Source of the DNA: Chloroflexota bacterium
Lineage (GTDB): Bacteria > Chloroflexota > UBA11872 > VXOZ01
Direction: 5' to 3'
DNA length: 64,000 nucleotides
NCBI GenBank assembly: GCA_965221905.1
Contig: OZ244922.1
Coordinates: 1,248,001 to 1,312,000 of the forward strand
Shown here: positions 50,101 to 61,688 of the stretch, in pieces
Numbering within the stretch: the stretch's first letter is position 1
How the letters are laid out: each line of letters starts with the position of its first letter
The notes under the pieces: model-generated
Seen by the model: only the letters and a program-made list of their open reading frames with translations
The model's database searches: none
What the model was told of the DNA's origin: nothing
Translations under genes and position numbers: made by a program

Positions 50101-51510
50101 CTACCAGCGGCGTACCGGCTTTTCGCTATTGAGCAAGTGCTGGAGCAGCAAGTCTTCGTGCTGGCGGACGAGATCGCGGGCACCGGGGTCGCGGGCTAAG
50201 TTGCGCATTTCGAGTGGGTCCTCTTCCATGTCGTAAAGCTCTTGGCCGTCCTCGGTGTTCCAGAAGGCGTACTTATAGCGGTTCGTGGTGACTGACTTTC
50301 CGCGAATGACTTGGTTGTTGTCCTCGTACTCGCAGAGCGCGATGCCCGGGGCAACCGCAGTGCCCTCCACCACGGGCTTGAGGCTGGTAGCCTGCATTTC
50401 CTTTGGAATCTCTACGCCCGCATAGTCCAGGATGGTGGAGGCGACTTGGAACGTCTCGATGACGCCGTCTACGTGCGGCACCCGCGGCATGCTGCTGGGC
50501 GGCGCGACGATGAACGGCACGCGCGTAGAACCCTCCCAAAACGTCCCCTTGCCGCCCCGCGACCAGTCGCCCATGTGGTCGCCGTGGTCGCTGGTGAAGA
50601 TGATGAGGGTGTTGTCCGCCTTGCCGCACTCCTCTAAGGTTTGGAAGAGGCGCTCCATCATGTCGTCTATGTACGTGCAGAGTCCCCAGTAGTACGCCGT
50701 CACCCGACGGATCAGGCTGTCGTCCGGCTCTTTGGCGAAGCGGCCGCCCTTATTCTGCAGATGCTTGGGCTTGTCACTGTCGTCCGCGAGATACGTCGGT
50801 GAGATGTCCACGTATTCCGATGGATACATGCTGTCATACGGCTGTGGGGGGTCGAAGGGGCCGTGGGGCCCGCAAATCCCGCACCACGCGAAAAAGGGTT
50901 GATCGCGGTCGCGAGCCACAAACTCCCGCGTATTCTCCGTAATCCAGGTATCGATGTACTCTTCCAGCGGCAGCACGTTGGTGATCGCGGTCATGTACTT
51001 GCGGTATTCCGGTTCGCGGCGTTGCTCGTAAATGCGCTCGTAGCCGCCGGGACGCACGGAATCCAGCCAGCGCGCGTACACGGGGCCTAATGGGCCGGGG
51101 CCAAGCGGCGAGCCATACGATTGCGTCCAACGTGAACCCTTGCCGCCGGTAAGTTGCGTCTCGTTGAAGCCCTTTGGCGGCATCATGTGAATCTTGCCGA
51201 AAGCGGCGGTTACATAACCCGCGTCCTGCAGGTGCTCCATGAAGGTACGCTCCCAGGGCGGGAGGCCGGGCGTGCTATCTACGGCCGCCTCCATGTAGGA
51301 GACGCCGTGCTGATGGGTGTAGCGCCCGGTCTGGAGGCAGGCGCGCGCGGGAATACAGACCGGATTCTGGTTGTAGGCTTTGGCAAAGAGGGTTCCCTTG
51401 GCTGCAAGAGCGTCCAGAGTGGGTGTCTTGACCTTCTGGTTGCCGTAGCAGCCCAGCGTGTCCCATCGCTGTTCGTCGGTCGTAATCAGAATGATGTTCG
51501 GACGATCCAT
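50101..51510 (-). CDS. Sulfatase (formylglycine-dependent, Cys type)
   Basis: PNIILITTDEQR, CIPAR, GKIH, FTSDHGD. Confidence 0.93.
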   Translation of the reverse strand: MDRPNIILITTDEQRWDTLGCYGNQKVKTPTLDALAAKGTLFAKAYNQNPVCIPARACLQTGRYTHQHGVSYMEAAVDSTPGLPPWERTFMEHLQDAGYVTAAFGKIHMMPPKGFNETQLTGGKGSRWTQSYGSPLGPGPLGPVYARWLDSVRPGGYERIYEQRREPEYRKYMTAITNVLPLEEYIDTWITENTREFVARDRDQPFFAWCGICGPHGPFDPPQPYDSMYPSEYVDISPTYLADDSDKPKHLQNKGGRFAKEPDDSLIRRVTAYYWGLCTYIDDMMERLFQTLEECGKADNTLIIFTSDHGDHMGDWSRGGKGTFWEGSTRVPFIVAPPSSMPRVPHVDGVIETFQVASTILDYAGVEIPKEMQATSLKPVVEGTAVAPGIALCEYEDNNQVIRGKSVTTNRYKYAFWNTEDGQELYDMEEDPLEMRNLARDPGARDLVRQHEDLLLQHLLNSEKPVRRW

Positions 51511-51683
51511 GTGCTTCTGCTCCCTGCTGTTTTCACTTATCGCCGGTGCCTGCCATGTAAATTCTGTGGTGGTCTCCGGAGACCGTCGACGTGCCCGAAA
51601 GCCCGTCTGCCTATTGTAGCATTGCAATGAAAGCTGGCAGGCACACAGCTATCGCTAGCTTCCGATTGGACGCAATGCAGGAC

Positions 51684-52532
51684 CTATAGACCTGCCTCTT
51701 GTGCAAGCTTTTTCGTGTATTGCAGGTCCTGCTTTACTTGGGCGAGCAACTCGGTTTGGCCCATGTCTTTGAAACTGTTGGCCCCTCGATACTCAGCTTG
51801 AAACGAGGCGTAACCAGCGTACCCGATTTGCTTCAGGTACCCAAAGGCTTCGGGAAACGGCACGAACCCACGGTCAAACGGCACGACCTTGGTCTGCCAA
51901 CGCGCGGCGCCAGTCTCCGGGTCTTCTATGCGAAACTGGGCGACGTTCTCGAGGGCAAGCATTGCTATGCGGTCCGCAAGCAGGTCTAGGCCGTGAATCC
52001 AGCCGCCGAAACTACCTTCGATGCCCATGTGCCCGAGATCGGGATAGTAGCATAGGGCAGCGGGATCGAAGTCTTCCAGGAGCAGCGAGACCACGTGGGT
52101 GGTGGCAGAGAGTGTTGGCCCATAGTGCGCGTGGACACCGGCCTGCATGCCGTACTTGTGGCAGAGCCGCTCGATGCCGTGCAACTTTTCCCGTGCCTCG
52201 TCGATCTGGCGGCGCATTGCGCCAAAACCGGCGTAGCGATAATAACCCAGCTTGAACTGTTTGATGCCCTGGTCGGAGGCGGTAGCAATGATCTCTTCAG
52301 CGTGAGGCGAATCCGCGCTCTCGATGGCCGTTGTCAACCAGCCGATTTCCAAGCCCCGGCTGCGCATGGCCTGCGACGCCTTGGGCAGATCGGTCTTCAC
52401 GCGCTCCGGCAAGACATGACCGGGCGAACGCACCGTGAGGTCGACGCCATCCATGCCCAGGTCGGCTACGGTGTCGGCGAGCTCAGCGTAGGAGAGGTTT
52501 TCTAGGAGTTTTGAGAGCATCAGGTATTTCAT
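51684..52532 (-). CDS. Sugar phosphate isomerase/epimerase TIM-barrel protein
   Basis: DGVDLTVR..GHV.PE, DLGH. Confidence 0.8.
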   Translation of the reverse strand: MKYLMLSKLLENLSYAELADTVADLGMDGVDLTVRSPGHVLPERVKTDLPKASQAMRSRGLEIGWLTTAIESADSPHAEEIIATASDQGIKQFKLGYYRYAGFGAMRRQIDEAREKLHGIERLCHKYGMQAGVHAHYGPTLSATTHVVSLLLEDFDPAALCYYPDLGHMGIEGSFGGWIHGLDLLADRIAMLALENVAQFRIEDPETGAARWQTKVVPFDRGFVPFPEAFGYLKQIGYAGYASFQAEYRGANSFKDMGQTELLAQVKQDLQYTKKLAQEAGL

Positions 52533-52685
52533 GGCTTCTTCTCTCCTCAATAAGAACGGCTGGCCACGTACAAAATTACGTGGATTTTATTAACTATTGC
52601 TGCCATGCAGCGGGCCGGCACGTAGACAGTAATGCCTGCGCTCGCGGAAGTCTATCTTTGCCCCACAAAGCGGACACCATACAGA

Positions 52686-52709
52686 GCGGGGGACAAGCCC
52701 CCGCGCTAC
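52686..52709. repeat. REP-like palindrome (GCGGGGGACAAGCCCCCGCGCTAC)
   Basis: Related copies at about 57763-57787 and 24473-24489. Confidence 0.7.
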
Positions 52710-52772
52710 GTTATCTGCCTGTGGGTGTACTAGGCAATCCTGCTTGAGAGAAAATATGCGCCGGACAGACGT

Positions 52773-53597
52773 TTACCGCCGCGTGGAGAGCAAACGCTGC
52801 ATGGTGCCGCCGAGAATCTGCTTCTTCTCGTCGTCGGTGATGGGAGCCAGGAGGATGCGTCCGATCTGGTGTGTGGGACACATCCAGGGGAAGTCGTCTC
52901 CGAAAAGAATGCGACCAGCCCCTACTGTATTCACCAACTGAGCAAACGCGCCATATGGCGCAACTGAGCCGGCCGTGTCCAGGTAGACGTTCGGTTCTTC
53001 TAACGCGACTTGGTTGATGGCATCTCCTCGCGTGCGCCTGCCTCCCGCTCCAGCGTGGGCCACGATGAAGTGGGCGTTGGGATACGCGCGCGCCGTGCGG
53101 CGCAGCACGTCAGGTGAGTCCACGCCGTGGCTGATTAGCGGGAGGCGGTGTTTGTCTGCCAGCTCAAAGGCCGGGACATACGCCGGCCCGGCAAAAGGAT
53201 ACTCATGTATCCCGGTATGAAACTTGATGCCCCGCACACCGGCGTCGACGCAGCGCTGCATTTCGTCGCGCACCTGGCGGGCAAGGTTAGGGTCGGGAAC
53301 GGCGTAGGCCAGCAGACGGCCAGGGTGCTGCTGTGCCGCTTCCAGGTTCTTGTCGTTGCCGGTGCGCATGTCGGCCGTAATCGCCAGGCTTGAAAAAACG
53401 CATGACTGATCGATACCCACACGGTCCATGGTCCGCACAAGGGAATCTGCATCCGGTGCGGGCTGGGCGAATCCGTAGTACAAGCCGAGGTGACTGTGGT
53501 TGTTCACTATGAACGTGTCGGTGAGCGGTACGCCGCGCAGGGCGGCCTCGCGCAGTGTCATGTTTGTACTCTCAGTTGCTGATGCTGTCTGTGTCAT
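52773..53597 (-). CDS. Amidohydrolase family protein
   Basis: NHSH, GIKFH, VAHAG, ILFGDDFP. Confidence 0.88.
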   Translation of the reverse strand: MTQTASATESTNMTLREAALRGVPLTDTFIVNNHSHLGLYYGFAQPAPDADSLVRTMDRVGIDQSCVFSSLAITADMRTGNDKNLEAAQQHPGRLLAYAVPDPNLARQVRDEMQRCVDAGVRGIKFHTGIHEYPFAGPAYVPAFELADKHRLPLISHGVDSPDVLRRTARAYPNAHFIVAHAGAGGRRTRGDAINQVALEEPNVYLDTAGSVAPYGAFAQLVNTVGAGRILFGDDFPWMCPTHQIGRILLAPITDDEKKQILGGTMQRLLSTRR

Positions 53598-53724
53598 GTC
53601 TTCACGTCTTTCTAGCTGTTGAGTTAGGTAACCAAGTCTTTCATGTTACAAATTGAGGGCCTCGTTGCAGCCGTGATTCGCGCATCCGTTCATCCTTCGA
53701 CAGGCTCAGAAACTGTCTTGGGTG

Positions 53725-54678
<954 letters not shown>

Positions 54679-54679
54679 C

Positions 54680-54845
54680 TATGGCTGGCGCTCCCATGCA
54701 GTCCCTGCCTTACGGATACGGACTTCGTGTCCCGGTAACTGTTCGGGCTCTGGGGGAGCTCGGCAGGTGTGGCGACCACTCTGAGCCACGGTCTGCCAGA
54801 CCTAGGACGAACCGGTCTGCCACGCCTGCTCCCATTCTATCTCCC
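54680..54845 (-). ncRNA. IS110 bridge RNA (ends approximate)
   Basis: Left non-coding end contains GTTCGTCCT and GGCTCAG matching the target, and ACAGTT/GTAT matching the donor junction. Confidence 0.85.
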
Positions 54846-54888
54846 TTTTCCAAGATATAAGGACGAACGGATGCTAATTGTATGGCGG

Positions 54889-55662
54889 TTAGACGACACA
54901 GTTATCAATCAAGCGCTGCAGGCTGCCAGCGGCAACGGTATCGCGCTCCTCGACAGAGAAGCTGGCGTAGGTAAGCCCGGTAATGGCCATGCCCGGGTCC
55001 CAAACTGGCAGGCCGGTGCCAAAGATCAAGCGTTCCGCACCCCAGCGACCGGCGATGAGGGCGATGGCATCGTGACCCTGCATATAGGAGGTCTCCAGAT
55101 ATAAGTTGGGATAGCGCTCCATAAGCGTAAAGAGCGTGCGAAAGTTCGCTGGCGGCTCACGTAAGAGAACGAGGGGCAGCGTAGGATACGTGCGGCAGGC
55201 CCACTCGATGAAAGCCCATGGACGCGGCTCGCTCCAATGACGGATGTTTGAGTCTAGAAACAGCGGTACCCGACGTTCGGCCAAGGCTTCGAGCAGTGTA
55301 TCCAATTCCCAGGGCTCCAGCGTAAGCCGGTTGATTCCCGTGCAGAGACGCGCTGCCCGCGCGCCGGATTCCAGCAACTGGGCGACTTGCTCGCGCTCCG
55401 GCGGCATCTCCCCGGCGATGGACGGCATGACGACCCAGCACGGCGCGAGCCGGTCTACACCCTTGGTTTCTTCGATCACGAGCCGGTTGCCTACGGCAGG
55501 ATGCTGCCACTTGGCGAGGCCGTGGGTGACGAGCGCGCGGCTGATGCCGTTTTCGTCCAGCACGTCCAGCAAGCGCGGAACGTCGTCGGGCGTGTCGTCG
55601 TGGCGGAGGAAAGTTGGCCCGAGAAAGACATTGGCGTCAAAGAGGGGCGGAAATTCTCGCAT
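54889..55662 (-). CDS. Amidohydrolase-fold protein (metal ligands partly degenerate)
   Basis: FDANVFLG, NLYLETS, RLIFGTGLP; start placed at MREFPP after GGAGG. Confidence 0.75.
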   Translation of the reverse strand: MREFPPLFDANVFLGPTFLRHDDTPDDVPRLLDVLDENGISRALVTHGLAKWQHPAVGNRLVIEETKGVDRLAPCWVVMPSIAGEMPPEREQVAQLLESGARAARLCTGINRLTLEPWELDTLLEALAERRVPLFLDSNIRHWSEPRPWAFIEWACRTYPTLPLVLLREPPANFRTLFTLMERYPNLYLETSYMQGHDAIALIAGRWGAERLIFGTGLPVWDPGMAITGLTYASFSVEERDTVAAGSLQRLIDNCVV

Positions 55663-55996
55663 GGGAGCCTCCATCCTATAACTTAGTTTTCTGCGTGGCG
55701 CGTGTTTCCCCTGATTATACAAGAGTGCAGCGCGAACATACTCTTCCCGATGATCGGCAATGTTGACTTGCTCGCAATACAGCTTGTCGCTGCCAGAGCG
55801 ATGAGCGCTGTTTTGTCGTAGGTAGCAGCGGCTAATCGTGACCAAAGTGATTACTCGTTCTCGTTCGATGCTGATAAGGGAGTCATTTACCGGCGACTGC
55901 CACGGCCACGCCTTTCGACACGCATAGTCAATCGTGTGTATCCTAATTGCACATGATGAAACACAAGAGATACTCCGATGCAACGAGGTGAACGAC

Positions 55997-57367
55997 ATGC
56001 CTGTAACAAGCGACAGCCGCGGCCAACACTTCCAGGTGGGGACGGCTCGCGTGAAGATTACGCCTGCGATAGGCATGCCCTACTTAGGGTACGGCTGGGA
56101 CCGGCAGGACCCATTTCTGGGTGTCAATGACGATCTGTGGGCCAAGGCGCTCGTGATTGACGACGGTGAACGGGTGGCGGCGCTCATTGCCTGCGACATG
56201 ATCGGGTTTCCGCCCGCGGCCTTTGCCGCCGCGGTGCGTGAGCAGGTGGCGATGCATACCGCCATCCCCGGCGAGCACGTGATGCTCAGCGCCAGCCACA
56301 CCCACAGCAGTCACGCCTCCATTGACCTCTCCACTCTCGATCTGGAATGGCCGTGGGTGCAAGACCTCATACAAAGCCTGGCGGGGACAGCGATTGCCGC
56401 GTGGCAGCGGCGGGAGCCGGCTTCCATCAAAGTGTCATCGGGTGATATCCACGGCATTTCGGAAAACCGCAGGGTCGTGCGGAGCGATGGCAAAGTCTAT
56501 CGCAATTGGGACCGAACCGCATCCGGTCAGGTGGTGCGTCGCGGCCCGATTGACCCCGAGGTGGGCGTGCTGCTGGCTCAGCGTCCGAACGGCACTCCGT
56601 TGGCCGTGCTCTGCAACTTTACGGCTCACCCCATTTGCGCCATGAGCCAGGCGCTCGTGTCGGCGGACTTTCCGGGCTTTGCGACGGCTGCGGTGGAGGC
56701 TGTCTTGGGGCCGGGCGTGACGGCGTTGTTTACGCAAGGCGCGTGCGGCGACGTCAATCCGCCGGTGGTGCGGCGCAACGTGCGCGATGCGCGCGAGATC
56801 GGGTTGCAGCTTGCCGGTGAGGTGCTGCGCGTGGCGGGGTCATTGTTACCGGAGGAAGTATCGCCCGTTGAACGGCGCGTTCAGATTGCTTCTAAGTACG
56901 TGAGTTGGGCCTACCGTACGGATTTGCCTCCGCAAGACGAGGCAGCGCGCGCCTATGCCGCAGCGACGGCTGAGATTGAGCAACTGAGGCGTGATGGCGC
57001 AGCGGAAGCAGACATTCGCAGGAAAGCGAATGAGCACCGCTTGGTGCGGGAGCGGTACATGCTTACCCGCAACGAGGCCCGCCGAGAAGAGGGCGAGATT
57101 CAGCTCTTGGCGATCGGGGATAGTGCGTGGGTGGGAGTGCCCGGTGAGTTGTTTTGCCAGATTGGGCTCGACATAAAGGAACAATCACCCTTTGCCCACA
57201 CGTATGTCGTAGGCTACGCGAATTGCTACCAGGGATACTTCCCAACGCCAATTGCCTACGAGGAAGGCGGCTACGAGGTTAACATGGGCCGTTGGAGTCG
57301 CTTCACCGCCGCCGCAGGGGAGAGCGTGCAGGAGACCGCACTGGACCTTTTACATAAGATTGGCTAA
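55997..57367 (+). CDS. Neutral/alkaline ceramidase-like hydrolase
   Basis: ASHTHS, FTAHP, SADFPG, QGACGDVNP, PGELF, GYAN..GY. Confidence 0.85.
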   Translation: MPVTSDSRGQHFQVGTARVKITPAIGMPYLGYGWDRQDPFLGVNDDLWAKALVIDDGERVAALIACDMIGFPPAAFAAAVREQVAMHTAIPGEHVMLSASHTHSSHASIDLSTLDLEWPWVQDLIQSLAGTAIAAWQRREPASIKVSSGDIHGISENRRVVRSDGKVYRNWDRTASGQVVRRGPIDPEVGVLLAQRPNGTPLAVLCNFTAHPICAMSQALVSADFPGFATAAVEAVLGPGVTALFTQGACGDVNPPVVRRNVRDAREIGLQLAGEVLRVAGSLLPEEVSPVERRVQIASKYVSWAYRTDLPPQDEAARAYAAATAEIEQLRRDGAAEADIRRKANEHRLVRERYMLTRNEARREEGEIQLLAIGDSAWVGVPGELFCQIGLDIKEQSPFAHTYVVGYANCYQGYFPTPIAYEEGGYEVNMGRWSRFTAAAGESVQETALDLLHKIG

Positions 57368-57490
57368 TTGCTGTTGCCCTACATTCTGGGCCAAGTTGGC
57401 ACTTAATGTCATTCCTGTAAGAGTTAAATAATTCGTTGACAGTTTCATCAGTCCAATTGAATCCATGACAAGTAGAAGACGTTCAACTCC

Positions 57491-57558
57491 GTCATTCCGG
57501 CGCAAGCCGGAATCCATCTTCGCTGCACCCCCTGGACTCCGGCTTTCGCCGGAGTGAC
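57491..57558. repeat. Paired inverted REP (REPIN-like)
   Basis: GTCATTCCGGCGCAAGCCGGAATCCA...TGGACTCCGGCTTTCGCCGGAGTGAC. Confidence 0.8.
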
Positions 57559-57836
57559 TATTCTCGTGTCGTCTGCGATATTAGTCTTTGATGCATGAGC
57601 TGTCATTGCTCGTGATGCAGCAACCCAATGTGTATGGCAGCCGATACGAGGGCATCATCTCTGGTTGTTTTATGTTCTCATTCTGTCAACGAAATACCTG
57701 AAACTTACAATTCCCGCGCACGCGAGAATCCATCCGCTCTGTGCTGCGCGCGCACCGACTCAAGCGGGAGACAAGCCCCCGCGCTACGCTTACGCTGAGG
57801 TTTTGAGGAGCCTTGCGGCAAGAAGCGGCCCTAATC

Positions 57837-58262
57837 CTATCCCACGTCTAGCTCGGTGAGAATAGTTGGGCCGCCTGCAAGCGTACGATGTACAGGGCAG
57901 CGTTCGGCAATCTGCAAGAGCCGCTTGCTCTGGGCTTCGTCGAGCACGCCGGTGACTGTGATGTAGCGCCGAATGAGGTCGATCCTGGACCCGCTCTGTT
58001 GCTCGCACTCCGCGCAGTCGCGGGCGTGCACGCGCTCGTGACTGAGTTCTACCCGCACCGCCTGCAAGTTCCACTCTTTCCTGTCGGCATACAGCCGCAG
58101 CGTCATCGCCGTTCAGGTACCCAGCGCGGCCAGCAGGAATTCATAGGGGTTGGGCCCGAGATTTTCGCCCTCAGGCGCGGGCTCGTCCGCAATTAGGGCG
58201 TGAGAATCGGTGACGACGACGTGTTGCAGTCGTTCGAGACTCTTGATTGCTACCGTCTGCAT
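57837..58262 (-). CDS. OsmC/YhfA-family selenoprotein (Sec at codon 50)
   Basis: DEP..GPNPYEFLLAALGT-TGA-TAMTLRLYA...RLLQIAERCPVHRTL; joins two ORF-track fragments in one frame; AGGAGG SD. Confidence 0.85.
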
Positions 58263-58335
58263 GGCATATCCTCCTGATCTACATCTGTCTCCGTGTCGTT
58301 GGGCCTTGGGAGCAAGATTAGGAGGTGCGCGAGGC

Positions 58336-59604
58336 TCACATGGCGGACATGAGCTTTGAGCCGAACTCCTCAGGGTCGCTTCGTTCAATTACCAGGTCTG
58401 TCGCGTCATGGAACCGCATGAAATCGCGCATGGCTCGGGCAACCGACGCCGCAAGCCGATCGCTCGGCTTTACGCCTGGTTCGAGATAGACCGCCTTTAG
58501 CCGGAGCAGTCCGGTCTTTCGTTCAACCTTTGGATCGAAGCGGCCGACCAGCCGCCTCTTGTTCAAGATTGGCAGGCAGAAGTACCCCCATTTTCGCTCT
58601 GGCTCAGGCACGTAGCATTCCAACTTCTGATGAAAGTTCCACATGGCGCGGTCGCGTCCTCTGGCCCAAAAGAGACTGTCGAATGGATTGAGAAACGTCG
58701 TCCGGCGAACGCGGAGTGCGCCATCCGCCGCAGCATCTAGCAGCGGCAGGTGTTCACGGTGCACCAGGAGTTCGTGCGTTTCCCCATCTGCAAGTTGGGC
58801 TTGGATGGTGACAAACGTGCCGTCCGCGATCAGCGCCGCCACCAGTGGTTTTGCTACGGTAGACTTCAGCTTGAGGTAGTTGCCGACTTGGCCCGGCGCG
58901 CAGACGCCGAATGCCCGCATGGAAATTTCCAGCAAGTGCTTTAGGGCCTCTTCTTCGGGCGGCTCTTCTCGTTCAACCCAGGATGGCAGCACGCGCTCAC
59001 GGATGTCGTAGATGCGCTGGAAATTCACGCGGTTGGAAATAGCGAGTTCGCCAGTATTGTAGAGGTGTTCCAGGACAACCTTCGCGTCATCCCAGTTCCA
59101 CCATGAACCGGGCGCTCGCTTGCCGGTGCGAAAGTCCGCCGGTCGGGAGCCCCCGCGGTCCCGCACTGCTTCGTAGATGTTTTCGACCAACTGCTGTTTC
59201 TCAGGGTTTACCACCCAATTCCTATACCACTTGTTGTTGCCCGGCCTGTGACTGCGCATGCGCGGCAGAAAATACGGATAGAGGGTCAATGGGATGATGC
59301 AGGCCGCATGCGCCCAGTACTCGAACAGGCGACGGTTGTTGTCGGGCGACGTGTTGCCGTCATCGAAAAGCAGCTTATCGAGCAGCGAGGTGTCGTAGCT
59401 GCCCAGCCTGCTCCAGAGCGTGATGTATTGTGCTCGGTTGACGACTTGCAGCGTGTCGATCTGTACCCAGCCCACACGCTCTATCGCCGCGTAGACATCC
59501 TCGATTCCCGGTCGGCGGCCTCCGCTCAGCGGCTGGTTCAGTCCTTGGGCATGCAGTGCGAGCGTAAGAACTGCATACAGCGGGTAGGGCGACCGCGCAC
59601 TCAT
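58336..59604 (-). CDS. YcaQ/AlkZ-like crosslink-repair DNA glycosylase (winged helix)
   Basis: VQIDT, LWSRLG, LFEYWAH, FLNPFD, RKWGYFCLPIL, GRFDPK. Confidence 0.88.
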   Translation of the reverse strand: MSARSPYPLYAVLTLALHAQGLNQPLSGGRRPGIEDVYAAIERVGWVQIDTLQVVNRAQYITLWSRLGSYDTSLLDKLLFDDGNTSPDNNRRLFEYWAHAACIIPLTLYPYFLPRMRSHRPGNNKWYRNWVVNPEKQQLVENIYEAVRDRGGSRPADFRTGKRAPGSWWNWDDAKVVLEHLYNTGELAISNRVNFQRIYDIRERVLPSWVEREEPPEEEALKHLLEISMRAFGVCAPGQVGNYLKLKSTVAKPLVAALIADGTFVTIQAQLADGETHELLVHREHLPLLDAAADGALRVRRTTFLNPFDSLFWARGRDRAMWNFHQKLECYVPEPERKWGYFCLPILNKRRLVGRFDPKVERKTGLLRLKAVYLEPGVKPSDRLAASVARAMRDFMRFHDATDLVIERSDPEEFGSKLMSAM

Positions 59605-61361
59605 GAGCGGGGCATTGATTCCGGCAGTGAGCGTGCCGCGACATCATCTGGAAGGCCGTTTGTGGAGGCAGCGGCTTGGCTGGTGTACAGCGAGAGCACG
59701 CCGGCCTCGTGCTTTAGCGCGGGCGGCTGCCAATGTGCACGGCGTTCAGTGAGAATATGCTCGATTTCTTCAGGGGACCGTCTTTCTCCATTTACACCCA
59801 CGATCTCCAAGGTGCGCGCGGGCACGTCAATCGAGATGAGGTCGTCACTTTCCACCAATGCGAGCGGACCCCCCAAGGCGGCTTCGGGCATTACGTGACC
59901 GATAGCTGGGCCTTTTGCTGCGCCGGAGTACCGTCCGTCGGTGATGATGGCGGTGCTGGCTTCCAAGTCGGGCCGGGCAGAGATAACGGTAGTGCAGAAG
60001 TACATCTCCGGCATGCCGGAAGAACGCAGCCCTTCATAGCGGATAATCATGATGTCGCCCGGCTTGATCTCGTCACTCTTCACGCCTGCAATGGCGTCGT
60101 CCTCGCAATCATAGGGCACCGCGCGTCCGACCATCTTATGGGTGCGCGGATCGGCGGCAATGTGTTTCATCACCGCTCCCTCAGGCGCCAGGTTGCCGGT
60201 GAGCACGGCAATCGTGCCGCCCGACTTGTAGGGCCGCTCGATTGGATGGAGCACCTCTTCCTTGCGAAGGCCATGGTTATCCAAATAGCCCGCAATTTCG
60301 TCGAACCAGCCGGATTGCTCCAGGTCTACCAGGTTCTCACCGATGGTTTTGCCGGTCACCGTGAGGCAGTCGAGGTAGAGGAACTCTTTAACTTCCTGCA
60401 TTAACGCCGGCACGCCGCCGCAATACCAGACATATTCCACCGGATGGGTGCCGTAGGTCTTCACGTTGGTCAGCACCGGCACCTTCCTGCCGATCTCGTC
60501 AAACTGCTGCGGGCGGATTTCAATGCCCACTTCTTGGGCAATTACCGGCAGGTGGAGCAGAAGGTTGGTGGAGCCGCCGACCGCGGCGTGAAGGACCAGG
60601 GCATTGTGGAACGCCTCCGGCGTCAGGATGTCGCGGGGCCGGATGTTCTTCTCCAGCAAGGTCATCACCTGCTCGCCCGCATCGCGGGCCATGCGGGTTA
60701 GTTCGCGCAGCGGAGCCGGAATGAGCGCGCTCCCAGGCAGCGCCAGACCCAATGCCTCGCTAATCACCTGGTTGCTGCTGGCGGTTCCCATGAACTGACA
60801 GGAACCGGGTGTAGGACAGGCGTGCTTTTGCTTGGCAATCAGCTCTTCCTCGGTAATCTGTCCTTTGTCGCGCATAATGCCCAGTGGATACATCAGTTCG
60901 GAGGACATGTTGCAGGGACCGTTGGTCTGCGTGCCGCCGGGGATGTGGATTGCCGGGAGGTTCACGCGCGCCATGGCCATCAGGTGGCCGGGCACGGCCT
61001 TATCGGCAGTGGATATGCAGACCATGGCGTCGTGCGGGTGGGCCAGAGCGTGAATCTCCGTCATATAGCTGATGATGTCCCGCGAAGGGAGACTGAAGCG
61101 CATGCCGGCATGGGCCTGGGCTATGCCGTCGCAGATATCGGTGCAGTAGAATTCCGCAGGCTTGCCGCCGCGTGTGTAGACGCCAAACTTGGCCTGCTCG
61201 ACAAGGTCGCCGAGGTGCACGCTGGAAGGGTGGGAGCAGCCGGTCACACTCTCCACAAGCACCTGCGGCTTGCCCAGATCGTCTACTGTCCAGTCCATAC
61301 CCATGCGCAGGGCATCGCCCTGGCGGTTGACGTCTCGCAATCTTTGACTCCGCAACGCCAT
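59601..61361 (-). CDS. IlvD/Edd-family dehydratase (possibly a sugar-acid dehydratase)
   Basis: CDGIAQ, ADKAVPG, CQFMGTA, GGSTN, GNLAPEGAV, TDGRYSG. Confidence 0.9.
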   Translation of the reverse strand: MALRSQRLRDVNRQGDALRMGMDWTVDDLGKPQVLVESVTGCSHPSSVHLGDLVEQAKFGVYTRGGKPAEFYCTDICDGIAQAHAGMRFSLPSRDIISYMTEIHALAHPHDAMVCISTADKAVPGHLMAMARVNLPAIHIPGGTQTNGPCNMSSELMYPLGIMRDKGQITEEELIAKQKHACPTPGSCQFMGTASSNQVISEALGLALPGSALIPAPLRELTRMARDAGEQVMTLLEKNIRPRDILTPEAFHNALVLHAAVGGSTNLLLHLPVIAQEVGIEIRPQQFDEIGRKVPVLTNVKTYGTHPVEYVWYCGGVPALMQEVKEFLYLDCLTVTGKTIGENLVDLEQSGWFDEIAGYLDNHGLRKEEVLHPIERPYKSGGTIAVLTGNLAPEGAVMKHIAADPRTHKMVGRAVPYDCEDDAIAGVKSDEIKPGDIMIIRYEGLRSSGMPEMYFCTTVISARPDLEASTAIITDGRYSGAAKGPAIGHVMPEAALGGPLALVESDDLISIDVPARTLEIVGVNGERRSPEEIEHILTERRAHWQPPALKHEAGVLSLYTSQAAASTNGLPDDVAARSLPESMPRS

Positions 61362-61688
61362 TCCCCAAACCTCCCTCAATCTCAAGTTGGGTTGTCCGCT
61401 GCTGTGTTGCTCTCTATTGTACAGAATAGCCGTTTGGTGCATCTTGGAATGAGGTAGTCGGTGAAGGAGGGAGTGGACGCGAAGGCTATTCCAAGCAACT
61501 CTTACATCGTCTTGGCCAATTTGTGGTGGGCAGGCTTGGCGCACTCTACTTTATGCATGCCGAAGGGACATCATAGTGGCGGCGTGCTTTCCGAGTCCCT
61601 GAGAGCTCCTGCATAAACATGGAGTAACTCCTAGAAGTGCATTGATTTCCGGCGGAAGACCGCATAGGGTTAGAACGGGTGGCGCATC

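Noticed and set aside
57837-58388. OsmC as a pseudogene or two separate genes
   Set aside because: The only disruption is one TGA at the catalytic Cys position, which fits selenocysteine.
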